This document shows, piece by piece, positions 24,615 through 33,166 of a stretch of DNA of 34,091 nt. Every line of letters begins with the position of its first letter. Position 1 is the first letter of the stretch. Under the pieces are notes generated by a model. That model was not told the DNA's origin. It searched no databases and saw only the letters and a list, made by a program, of their open reading frames with translations. This DNA comes from Bifidobacteriaceae bacterium (GTDB lineage: Bacteria; Actinomycetota; Actinomycetes; Actinomycetales; WQXJ01): assembly GCA_031257375.1 (NCBI GenBank), contig JAIROU010000131.1:1-34091 (forward strand), read 5' to 3'. Both the position numbers and the translations under genes were made by a program.

Positions 24615-26431
24615 GCGCGGCCGTCAAGGCGGCGCGGGCGCTGCTGGGCGGGGCGGTCGAGGCCGGGCTGGGCGGCATCGTCTTCGCGCCAGGATCGCGC
24701 AGCGCGCCGCTGGTCTACGCCGCCATGGAGGCGGCGGCCGGGTGCGGGCAACTGGAACTGGCGGTCAGAATCGACGAGCGGTCGGCTGCTTTCACCGCCC
24801 TCGGGATGGCGGCGGCGTCCGGGCGGCCCGCGGCCGTGGTGACTACCTCGGGAACTGCGGTGGCGAATCTGCATCCGGCGGTGATGGAGGCGGCGGCTTC
24901 CCGCTGGCCGCTCTTGGCCGTCACCGCTGACCGCCCCGCCGAACTGCACGGCGTTGGCGCCAACCAGACGGTCGACCAGCGGGGCGTCTTCGGCGCCGCT
25001 CCGGTCTGGCAGCGGACAGTGTCGGCCGACGCCGGCGCCCGGGCTTGCGGCCAGGCTGGCGCCGAGGCGGTCGCGGCGGCCCTCGGCCGCCGATCCGGCG
25101 TCGGCGGACCAGCCCACCTGAACGTGCAGTTCCGCGAGCCGCTGGTGCCCGGCCCGGCCTGGTCCGCCGCGCTCCGCGACCAGGCTGAACAGCCCCCGAA
25201 CAGTCTCAACGCCACCGGCGGCGCCAACGCCCCCGCCGCCCGTGACGAGATGCTGGCCGTGGCGCTGACGGGCGGGCCCAAAACGGTGGTCATCGCTGGC
25301 CACGGGGCCGGGACCGAGGCGCGCGAGCTTGCTGAGGCGGCCGGTTGGCCGCTGATCGCGGAACCGACGTCTGGCTCGTGGGGCGGGCCGAACGCGATCA
25401 CCGCCGGGCGGCTGGCGGTGCGCCTGCTGGGCGAGCAAATAGAGCGCCTGGTCATCTATGGACGGCCGGTCCTCAGCCGCCCGGTCACCCAGTTGGTCCT
25501 AACGCCCGGCTTGGAGGCCATCATCGTTCATCGCGGCGGCGGGGCCTGGTTCGACCTGGGCCGCCGGGCCTCCCGGATCGCTGGCCGAGTCATCTTCCAA
25601 GGACCGACCGGCGCCGGGGACGCCGCCTGGCTGGAGGCTTGGCGGCGGGCGGGCGACGCGGTCTGGGAGCATCTTCAGGCGCTGGAATTCCCAAACGGCC
25701 CGGCCGTCGCCGCCGCCGTGGCCCATGCGGCTGCGGAACCAGGCGGCCAACCCGCCACCGCCCAACCCGCCCCCGCCCAACCCGCCCCCGCCCAACCCGG
25801 CGTCGAACCGCCCACGGCTGCCCGCACCGCCCCCGCCCGCAAGGCCGGGCTGCTGGTGGTGGGCGCCTCCAGCGCCATCAGGGACCTAGACCTGACCCCC
25901 CCGCCGGGCGGTCTGACAGGCGCCCAAACCGGCGCCCAAACCGGCGCCCAAACCGTCCTGGCGATGCGCGGCCTGGCGGGGATCGACGGCGCCGTCAGCT
26001 TCGCCGGCGGCGTGGCGCTGGCCGCCAACCGGCCGGTCACCGTCCTGCTGGGCGACCTGGCCCTGGCCCACGATTCCGCCGGCCTGCTGATCCCAGATCA
26101 CGAGCGGCGCCCAAACCTGCGGGTCGTGGTCCTCCAGGACGGCGGCGGCTCGATCTTCGAAACCCTGGAGGTGGCCGAACCGGGCTTGGAGGATGCCTTC
26201 GAGCGCTTCTTCGCCACGCCGATCAGCCTCGACCTGGGCCGCCTGGCCGCCGCTTGCGGCGCAGAGTTCGAGTCGGCCCGCACGGCCGATCAGCTGGCGG
26301 CCTGCTTGCGGCGGCCGTTCGAGGGCATCAGCCTGGTCGGCGTGCCCCTGGAACGCCCGCACCGACGGGGGCTGGAAAGCCGCGTCGTGGCCCTTTCGAG
26401 AAATGCCCTGGGTTCTCCCAGGAACTTCTAA
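24611..26431 (+). CDS. menD: SEPHCHC synthase
   Basis: APGSRSAPL, RIDERSAAFTALG, TTSGTAVANL, TADRP, GANQT, RGLAGIDG, GDLA, GGSIF. Confidence 0.95.
   Translation: MSAAVKAARALLGGAVEAGLGGIVFAPGSRSAPLVYAAMEAAAGCGQLELAVRIDERSAAFTALGMAAASGRPAAVVTTSGTAVANLHPAVMEAAASRWPLLAVTADRPAELHGVGANQTVDQRGVFGAAPVWQRTVSADAGARACGQAGAEAVAAALGRRSGVGGPAHLNVQFREPLVPGPAWSAALRDQAEQPPNSLNATGGANAPAARDEMLAVALTGGPKTVVIAGHGAGTEARELAEAAGWPLIAEPTSGSWGGPNAITAGRLAVRLLGEQIERLVIYGRPVLSRPVTQLVLTPGLEAIIVHRGGGAWFDLGRRASRIAGRVIFQGPTGAGDAAWLEAWRRAGDAVWEHLQALEFPNGPAVAAAVAHAAAEPGGQPATAQPAPAQPAPAQPGVEPPTAARTAPARKAGLLVVGASSAIRDLDLTPPPGGLTGAQTGAQTGAQTVLAMRGLAGIDGAVSFAGGVALAANRPVTVLLGDLALAHDSAGLLIPDHERRPNLRVVVLQDGGGSIFETLEVAEPGLEDAFERFFATPISLDLGRLAAACGAEFESARTADQLAACLRRPFEGISLVGVPLERPHRRGLESRVVALSRNALGSPRNF
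25746..25954 (+). repeat. In-frame VNTRs inside menD
   Basis: 15-bp unit ~3.6x at 25746-25799 (QPAPA); GGCGCCCAAACC x3 at 25919-25954 (GAQT). Confidence 0.9.
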
Positions 26432-26498
26432 GCTTTGCGGGAGGATTCATCCAGGATGGCGCGGTTTGATAGATGGTGACGCGGAAAGGAAGACAACT

Positions 26499-28409
26499 AT
26501 GAGCGATGAGTCCCACACCCCGGCCAACAGCGAGCCGATTGACCGCCAAGACGCCCTGAAGCCCGCCGACGAGGCGGCGGCGCCTGGGGCCGCCAGCGAG
26601 GCGCCCCCGTGGGCCGAACGGTCGTCGGCCGATGGGCCGGGTGCCCCGGTCGGCTTCCCCTGGCAGCCGATGACGCCGCGCGACCAGTCCAGCCCGCTGC
26701 CGCCGTCTTTCCCGCCGCCCGCCCAGTCGTCAGTCGGCCAGTCACCAGTCGGTCGGCCAACGTCGAGCCCGCCGATGCCGCCGATGCCGCCAGGGTCGCC
26801 GATGCCGCCGATGCCGCCGATGCCGCCAGGGTCGCCGGGGTCGCCCCAAAGTCGCCCGGTCGGCCCGGTCCCCTGGCAGCCGCCCGTACCCTCGAGTCAG
26901 ATCCCATGGCGCTCACCCCAAGTCGGCCCGCCCGGATCGACGCAGGATCAGCTCCAGAGCCAGCCCCAAAGCCAGCGCCAAGCCCAGCACGCCGCCCAGT
27001 CGACCCCCGCAAGCCCGCCCCAACCGGGCTCGGGCTTCAGCGAATCGCGCGCTTGGCAGGCCTCGGCCCAGCCCCCGTCCGGCCCGGTGGCGGTCTCGCC
27101 GTCGCCGCCGGTGGCTCCCCGCACGGCATCGCCGTATCAAGCCCCGACCTACTCGTTGGCGGCTGGCAGGGCGGCGGAGACGGAACCGGCCACCGCGCCC
27201 GTCCCAACCTCCCCGCCAGACCCCGAAGACCGCCCCGACCGGCCCCGGCGCAAAACCGTGTCGCGGGCCGGCGCCTGGTCGATCTCCCTGGTCGCCGCCT
27301 TGGTGGCGGCCGCGCTGGCGGCCGGCGGCACCTACGTGCTAGTCAAGGACCAGGGCGTGAGCCTCATCACCGAGCCGCCCGTGAACACCACCACCAGTTC
27401 CGCGATCGAGGGGTTGACCTCCGGCAAGAACGTGCCGGAGATTCCCGAGGACGCCTACGATGGCGAGTCGCCGCAGTGGAATGTGGTGGCCGCCCAGGTG
27501 CAGCCCACGGTGGTCGCCATCCAGATCAACGCCAGCGAGTTGGGCGCCGAGGCGCAGGGCTCCGGCGTCATCATCAACTCGGAGAAGGGCTATGTCGTGA
27601 CCAACAATCACGTCGTGGCCGGCTCCGAGCAAATCGACGTGGTGATGTCCGACGGCCGCATCTTCAGCGCCGAAGTCCTCGGCACCGATCCGACCACCGA
27701 CTTGGCCGTGGTCGAACTCGACAACCCGCCCGACGACCTGGTGGAGGCCGAATTGGGCAACTCCAGCGAGGTCGTGGTCGGCGAACCGGTCATGGCGGTC
27801 GGCAACCCGCTCGGTCTGGACAACACCGTCACCACTGGAATCGTGTCGGCCCTGAACCGGCCGGTCATGACCGAGGCGGTCGGCTCCGCCTCCAGCCGGG
27901 ACAGTGTGGTCACCAACGCCATCCAACTTGACGCGGCGGTCAACCCCGGTAACTCCGGCGGCCCGCTGTTCAACTCGCAGGGCCTGGTGATCGGCATAAA
28001 CAGTTCGATCGCCACGCTCAGCGGCATGGGCTCAGAGGCCGGCAACATCGGCCTGGCGTTCGCCATCCCGGTCAACCAGGTGGCCACCGTCGCCAGCCAA
28101 CTGATCGAGAAGGGCACGGCCGACCATCCCTATCTGGGAGTCACCGCTAAGAGCGTGAAAGTCGAGATCGAGGGAGTGTACCGAGTCGGCGCCCGACTCG
28201 ACTCGATCGAGCCCGACTCCCCGGCCGCCGCCGCCGGGCTCAAGCGGGGCGATGTGATCCTGGCCGTAAATGGTCAGCCGATCAGCGGCGCGACCTCCCT
28301 GACGGCGTGGATCCGCTCATACGCCCCCGGCGAAAAAGTGGTGTTGCTAGTCCTGCAAGGCCGCGCCGCCAACGACATCGAGGCCACCCTCGCCAAACGC
28401 GAAGACTAG
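26499..28409 (+). CDS. htrA: HtrA/DegP-like S1C serine protease with Pro-rich N-terminus, TM helix and PDZ domain
   Basis: Triad motifs TNNHV, DLAV and GNSGG; C-terminal PDZ (SPAAAAGLKRGDVI). ATG 26499 follows a GAAAGGAAG RBS. Confidence 0.92.
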   Translation: MSDESHTPANSEPIDRQDALKPADEAAAPGAASEAPPWAERSSADGPGAPVGFPWQPMTPRDQSSPLPPSFPPPAQSSVGQSPVGRPTSSPPMPPMPPGSPMPPMPPMPPGSPGSPQSRPVGPVPWQPPVPSSQIPWRSPQVGPPGSTQDQLQSQPQSQRQAQHAAQSTPASPPQPGSGFSESRAWQASAQPPSGPVAVSPSPPVAPRTASPYQAPTYSLAAGRAAETEPATAPVPTSPPDPEDRPDRPRRKTVSRAGAWSISLVAALVAAALAAGGTYVLVKDQGVSLITEPPVNTTTSSAIEGLTSGKNVPEIPEDAYDGESPQWNVVAAQVQPTVVAIQINASELGAEAQGSGVIINSEKGYVVTNNHVVAGSEQIDVVMSDGRIFSAEVLGTDPTTDLAVVELDNPPDDLVEAELGNSSEVVVGEPVMAVGNPLGLDNTVTTGIVSALNRPVMTEAVGSASSRDSVVTNAIQLDAAVNPGNSGGPLFNSQGLVIGINSSIATLSGMGSEAGNIGLAFAIPVNQVATVASQLIEKGTADHPYLGVTAKSVKVEIEGVYRVGARLDSIEPDSPAAAAGLKRGDVILAVNGQPISGATSLTAWIRSYAPGEKVVLLVLQGRAANDIEATLAKRED

Positions 28410-28630
28410 TGTCCCTCGCACCCTGTTTCAGGGCATCGCGCGGACCCCGGCCACGACCCCCGGCGCCTTGTCGGCCGCGCGCCTGGCGCCGCGCGACACC
28501 CGAAACGAGATGCGGCAGACCACCGGTGTCCCGCGCCGTGAATCCGTTGCCGAAGTCTTCCCACGCGGCCCCAGGTCGATCCCGTGTGGAGACCCCTTCT
28601 TATGCGACGAATTCCCGGTTCGGGCCACTA
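28407..28630. mobile_element. Putative IS630-derived MITE (224 bp including TA flanks)
   Basis: TA-GTGTCCC...GGGCCAC-TA imperfect terminal inverted repeats; no credible ORF; ends resemble those of the element at 32232-32320. Confidence 0.55.
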
Positions 28631-28672
28631 TCCCTGCCCAAACGCCGACATTTGTTCAAGCACCAATAGCGT

Positions 28673-30070
28673 CTAGCCGCCCAGGTCCAGCCCCAGCGCG
28701 CGGCGCATGGGCGCCAGTTTGGCCTCGGTCTCGGCCAGTTCGGCCAGGGGGTCGGAGGCGGCCACAATCCCGCCCCCGGCCCACAGCCGCGCCTCGCGCC
28801 GGTCGGGGCTGAGTTGGGCGCAGCGCAGGGCTATGCCCCACTCACCGTTGCCGTGGGCGTCGATCCAGCCGACCGGCCCGCTGTAGCGTTCGCGGTCACG
28901 GCCTTCCAGTTGTCCGATGACGCGCGCCGCCTCGTCCGCCGGGGTGCCGCAGACCGCCGCGCTCGGGTGGAGAGCCGCCACCAGCGCCAGCGCGCCGGGC
29001 AGCCGCCCGGCTTTGGTCCTTCGCAGTTCGCCGACCACCTCCGTGGCCAGATGCATCACGTTCGGCAGGTGCAGCACCGAGGGGATGTCGGGCACGGCCA
29101 GTTCTTCCACGAACGGCTCCAGCGCGCGGACCACCGAGGCGACCGCGAACTCGTGCTCCTCAAGGTCCTTCGAGGACCGCGCCAAGGCGGCGGCGCGGGC
29201 CAGGTTGGCCTCGTCGCTGCCGCTGCGCCGGATTGTCCCGGCCAGCACGCGCGAGGTCACCAACCCCCGGCTGGAACGGACCAACAACTCCGGGGTGGCG
29301 CCGATGAGCCCGTCCAAACTGAACGTCCAGGTGTCCCGATAGTGCCTGGCCAAATGCTCCACGACCGGCCGGGGATCAATGCGCCCCTGGTCGGCGCGCG
29401 CCACCACCGACCTGGCCAAGACCACCTTCTCCAGGGCAGTGGTCTCAATCAGCTCAATGGCCCGCCGAACCACCCCCGGCCATTGCGCCCCCGCGACCGG
29501 ACCGGGCAACTCCCTCAGTCCCGCCCCCGGACCTGGGCCGTCGGGCTCGACCGCTGCTAGCCCCGCCCCGGCCAGCCTTCCAGACTCCGACCCGCCGACC
29601 GCGCCGGCCGGCTGGCCCAAACCGCCCGGCCCCAACCCTCCAGGCCGCCCGGAAGCTGTCACCGCGGCATCGCCCCGCGCCATCGGGTCCGCCTGCCCGG
29701 CCTCCCCGGCCAGCCTGGCGGTGGTGACCCATTGGCGGCCCCGGTAGCGGGCGATCACAGTGCGGGGCACCACCAGCACGGACGGCGCGGCCGAGGCGGG
29801 CGAGAAGGCGAACGCGCCGAACGCCAACGGCCCCATGCCCGGCAGATCAGACGGCCCGTCGATGCGGGCGCGCCCGAGCACGGCCCGCCACCAATCCTCG
29901 GCGGCCTGGAACCGCCGAGGCCCGCCGGTCTCAAAGCGCGCGGCCTGGCCCAGCCCCACGAACCCCTCGCCCCGTCTCAGCCAGACCACCTGATCGCTCC
30001 CGCGCGCGGCCGCCACCAGGTCCGGCGGTTCAGCCGCAACCGTAGTCGTGAACATGATGTCGGGAAGCAT
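28673..30070 (-). CDS. menF: Isochorismate synthase
   Basis: EKVVLAR, GATPELLV, LAGT, KDLEEH, HLAT, LHPSAAVCG, YSGPVGW, ALRCA, AGGGIV, ETEAK. Confidence 0.93.
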   Translation of the reverse strand: MLPDIMFTTTVAAEPPDLVAAARGSDQVVWLRRGEGFVGLGQAARFETGGPRRFQAAEDWWRAVLGRARIDGPSDLPGMGPLAFGAFAFSPASAAPSVLVVPRTVIARYRGRQWVTTARLAGEAGQADPMARGDAAVTASGRPGGLGPGGLGQPAGAVGGSESGRLAGAGLAAVEPDGPGPGAGLRELPGPVAGAQWPGVVRRAIELIETTALEKVVLARSVVARADQGRIDPRPVVEHLARHYRDTWTFSLDGLIGATPELLVRSSRGLVTSRVLAGTIRRSGSDEANLARAAALARSSKDLEEHEFAVASVVRALEPFVEELAVPDIPSVLHLPNVMHLATEVVGELRRTKAGRLPGALALVAALHPSAAVCGTPADEAARVIGQLEGRDRERYSGPVGWIDAHGNGEWGIALRCAQLSPDRREARLWAGGGIVAASDPLAELAETEAKLAPMRRALGLDLGG

Positions 30071-30116
30071 CGCCGGACCAGCCTAAACCACCCGCCGCCC
30101 ACCCCCCCAACCCGAG

Positions 30117-30179
30117 TAAACCCGGGGACGGTCCTTTTGTCTCAAACACGGGGACACTCCCTTGTGTCCTTTTGTCTTA
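30117..30179. repeat. Third, dispersed copy of the 52-bp repeat seen at 23297
   Basis: TAAACCCGGGGACGGTCCTTTTGTCTCAAACACGGGGACACTCCCTTG; GGGGAC cores at 30124 and 30150. Confidence 0.9.
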
Positions 30180-30302
30180 TTGCCCTGACAAACGAACTCC
30201 CGCGGACCCCGCGCTCCGCTTTGTCGTCGGCAGCGTCCGGGAACCGGGCCGGGAAGCCAAATCGAAACTCTGGCGGCCCGCCGATCTGCGCCGGGATGCC
30301 AA

Positions 30303-30416
30303 CCAACCGCCAGCCGCCCGCACGGCACGCCAACCGCCGGCCGGCCGCCCGCACGGCATCGCACGCCAACCGCCGGCCCGCCGCCCGGACGGCATCGCAC
30401 GTCAACCGTCGGCCGG
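30303..30416. repeat. 36-bp GC-rich tandem repeat in the menF-fprA intergenic region
   Basis: GCACGCCAACCGCCGGCC(G/C)GCCGCCCG(C/G)ACGGCATC at 30325-30360 and 30361-30396, with partial copies on each side. Confidence 0.85.
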
Positions 30417-30602
30417 GACGAGCCCGCCGCCGTGACCGCCCGGTAGCATGGCTGGCGGCGCCGGCGGGAGCGTGGCGGCTGCTGACACGGCGGCGCGACG
30501 GACCTCGGACGGCGCCCAACGCCTGGGCCGACGCCGCAGGCGGGGGCCTGGCCTGACGGGAGTCAGCGCGCCCCCACAACTCAACCACCGGAAGGCGCCG
30601 TT

Positions 30603-31973
30603 TTGACTGAACTCACCCAATCCCCGCGCGTGGCCGTGGTCGGCGCCGGGCCGGCCGGGCTGTACGCGGCCGACATTCTGATCAACCGGGCGCCGGGCGC
30701 GCAAATCGACGTGCTGGACGCCCTGCCCAGCCCGTTCGGGCTGATCCGCTACGGCGTCGCCCCGGACCATCCCCGGATCAAGTCGATCATCGATTCGCTG
30801 CACCAAATCCTCGACCGCGGCGACATCCGCTTCCTCGGCAACGTGACGGTCGGATCGGACGTCACCCTGGACGAACTGCGCCAGCGCTACGACGCGATCC
30901 TGCTGGCCACGGGCGCATTGCGGGACGCCGACCTGGACATAGAGGGGATCGACCTGGAGGGCTCGTTCGGCGCCGCCGATTTTGTGGCTTGGTACGACTC
31001 CCACCCCGACTACTCGCAGCGCTGGCCGCTCAAGGCAGAGTCGGTGGCGGTGATCGGCAACGGCAATGTTGCCCTCGACATTGTACGGGTGTTGGCCCGC
31101 GACCCGGCCGAAATGGCTCGAACCGACGCCCCCGCGCACGTCCTGGCAGCCTTCGCGGCCTCGCCCGCGCGTGACATCCACGTCTTCGGCCGCCGCGGCC
31201 CGGCGGCGTCCAAGTTCTCGCCCCTCGAGCTCAGGGAGTTGGGCCAGGTGCCGGGGGTCAAGATGCTGCTCGACGACCGCGATTTCAATTTGGACGATGC
31301 CGACCGGGCGGCTTTGCAGGCCGACGGACGTTTGCGCCAGGTCGTCAAGACGCTCGAACGTTGGCGCGCCGGGCACGAGGGGGTCGGATCGCGCCGCATC
31401 CACCTGCACTTTTATTGGCGTCCGGAAAGGATCGAGGGGAGCGGGCGGGTGACCGGCCTGACGGTGCGCCGGACCCGGCCGGACGGCCGGGGCGGGGTGG
31501 TGGACACCGACGAGTCGCGCACCTTCGAGGCCCAGGCGGTCTACCGGGCGGTCGGCTACTTCGGGTCGCCGGTCGAGGGCGCGCCGTTCGACCCGGAAGC
31601 GGGCGTGGTCCCGAACGCCGCCGGCCGAGTGGTCGACGCCTCGGGCCAGATCTGGCCTGGCTTGTACGCCACCGGCTGGATCAAGCGCGGCCCGGTCGGC
31701 CTGATCGGCTCGACCAAATCGGACGCTTTGGAGACCGTCGCCAACATGGTCGAGGACCTGGCGCGCCTGGCGCCGGCGCCGGACCGGTCGCCGGGGTCTT
31801 TGCCCGAGTTGCTGCGGGCGCGCGGCATCGAAGTCGTGACGTGGGACGGCTGGTTGGCGATTGATGCCGCCGAGCGGTTAAAGGGGGCCGCCGAGGGACG
31901 CCCGCGGGCGAAGCTGGCGACCAGGCGGGAAATGGTCGATGCCGCCCGGTCGGGAACGCCCGAAGCGGCCTGA
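30603..31973 (+). CDS. fprA: Ferredoxin--NADP reductase (FprA / adrenodoxin reductase-like)
   Basis: VVGAGPAG, GLIRYGVAPDHP, VIGNGNVALD, GRRGP, GWIKRGPVGLIG. Confidence 0.9.
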   Translation: MTELTQSPRVAVVGAGPAGLYAADILINRAPGAQIDVLDALPSPFGLIRYGVAPDHPRIKSIIDSLHQILDRGDIRFLGNVTVGSDVTLDELRQRYDAILLATGALRDADLDIEGIDLEGSFGAADFVAWYDSHPDYSQRWPLKAESVAVIGNGNVALDIVRVLARDPAEMARTDAPAHVLAAFAASPARDIHVFGRRGPAASKFSPLELRELGQVPGVKMLLDDRDFNLDDADRAALQADGRLRQVVKTLERWRAGHEGVGSRRIHLHFYWRPERIEGSGRVTGLTVRRTRPDGRGGVVDTDESRTFEAQAVYRAVGYFGSPVEGAPFDPEAGVVPNAAGRVVDASGQIWPGLYATGWIKRGPVGLIGSTKSDALETVANMVEDLARLAPAPDRSPGSLPELLRARGIEVVTWDGWLAIDAAERLKGAAEGRPRAKLATRREMVDAARSGTPEAA

Positions 31974-32092
31974 ACCGCCCGCTTGCCCGCACCGTCAGCC
32001 CGGCGGCTCTAACCCCAAACCTGCCGAATGCGCGCCGACCTGGGACTTCACATATTCTTCACAAGGTTCTCACGGGTTTTCGTTATCTGAGC

Positions 32093-32122
32093 GTGACATT
32101 TGCGGCGATCGGGAGCTAGGGT
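32093..32122 (+). promoter_or_regulatory. Probable promoter of the riboswitch-NlpC/P60 transcript
   Basis: GTGACA, 18 nt spacer, TAGGGT. Confidence 0.55.
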
Positions 32123-32159
32123 TGGGAGCGCCCGGAACCCTCCTTTTCGGGTCGCAGCG

Positions 32160-32432
32160 CGGAGCCGAGTCCTGCCGCCGCGCGGCGCCATCAAGCTAGG
32201 CAGGAGCGGAGGACCCATTAACGTGGCGATTTAGCGCCCCTCGCCGCAGTTTCGTAGCAGCACTTGCGCGTCCGTGCGGGCGCGTTCGCCCAAGCTGCGA
32301 GCAAGCGTGTGAGGACACTAGGTCGCCTAGGGGTGAAGTCAGCGGATCCGGTCCCTCGGGACTTGGTCGGACTGACCGGGCACGATCTCCCGCCCGAACC
32401 CGACAGCTCACTCCGCAGGCGATGAGGAGACC
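32160..32432 (+). promoter_or_regulatory. Cyclic di-AMP (ydaO/yuaA) riboswitch, enlarged by an internal insertion
   Basis: Conserved blocks in order: GCCGAGTCC, GGAGCGGAGGACCCA, GGGGTGAAG, CCGGGC, GCCCGAACCCGACAGCTCACTCCGCAGGCG. Lies upstream of a cell-wall hydrolase, the usual actinobacterial context. Boundaries are approximate. Confidence 0.88.
32232..32320. mobile_element. Putative IS630-derived MITE (89 bp including TA flanks) within the riboswitch
   Basis: TA-GCGCCCCTCGC...GTGAGGACAC-TA imperfect inverted ends. Removing it leaves the hairpin GGCGAT-TTAG-GTCGCC. Confidence 0.55.
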
Positions 32433-32434
32433 AC

Positions 32435-33166
32435 GTGGCGACACGTCGTTATGCGCCCAAGCATCGGGCAGAGGGCGGACCGAGCATTTCGCTGGCCTTC
32501 CTGGCAGATCAATCACTGGGGAAGAAGACCATCGCCGCCGCCGCCGCAGGCGGACTGGTGGTGGCCGGTGCGGGGTCGGCTTACGGTTCGCCCAGCAACG
32601 CAGCTGGGGCGACGGTCCTGACCGCCGAAGCCCGGACCGTGATCGGCGCGGAGTCGCTGGCCTCGGTGCCGGAGGAAGCCGCTTGGCAACTCGAGGCGCC
32701 GGCCATCACGGTGGTCAAGCCGAAGCCCAAGCCGGTCGCCAACGTCCAGAGCGCCCCCAGGCGCGCCGCCGCGGCGGCTCCCGCGGCGACCGGGCAGAGC
32801 ACTTCCGCCAGCCAGACCGCCGCGATTCCCCAGTCGGTGGCGGGCAACGAGATCCTTGAGATCGCCTCACTCTATCTGGGCACGCCTTATGTCTACGGCG
32901 GCTCTAGCCCGTCCGGCTTCGACTGCTCAGGCTTCACCCAGTACGTCTATGCCCAGTTGGGCAAAAGGATCCCGCGGACCGATGCCGACCAAAAGGCCGC
33001 CGGGACCATCATCTCGGCCGATCAAGCCCAGCCGGGCGACATCGTCTGGTTCCCCGGCCACGTCGGCATCTACGCCGGCGGCAACATGATGATCGACTCC
33101 CCGCACACCGGCGACGTGGTCCGCTTCCGGGAAATGTACCGGACCCCAACCTTCGTTCGCTTCTAG
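32435..33166 (+). CDS. NlpC/P60 (C40) secreted peptidoglycan endopeptidase
   Basis: LGTPYVYGG..P.GFDCSGF (catalytic Cys), PGD, GHVGIY; N-terminal KHRA plus hydrophobic segment; GAGGAG RBS. Confidence 0.95.
   Translation: MATRRYAPKHRAEGGPSISLAFLADQSLGKKTIAAAAAGGLVVAGAGSAYGSPSNAAGATVLTAEARTVIGAESLASVPEEAAWQLEAPAITVVKPKPKPVANVQSAPRRAAAAAPAATGQSTSASQTAAIPQSVAGNEILEIASLYLGTPYVYGGSSPSGFDCSGFTQYVYAQLGKRIPRTDADQKAAGTIISADQAQPGDIVWFPGHVGIYAGGNMMIDSPHTGDVVRFREMYRTPTFVRF

Noticed and set aside
28428-28812. Short ORFs between htrA and menF as transposase or toxin genes
   Set aside because: No DDE or other motif; only the terminal RRIPGSGH resembles an IS630 end, so the region is treated as a non-coding MITE.
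30083-30588. Small ORFs in the menF-fprA gap
   Set aside because: They translate the tandem repeats into Arg/Pro/Ala-rich low-complexity peptides with no family motifs or clear RBS.
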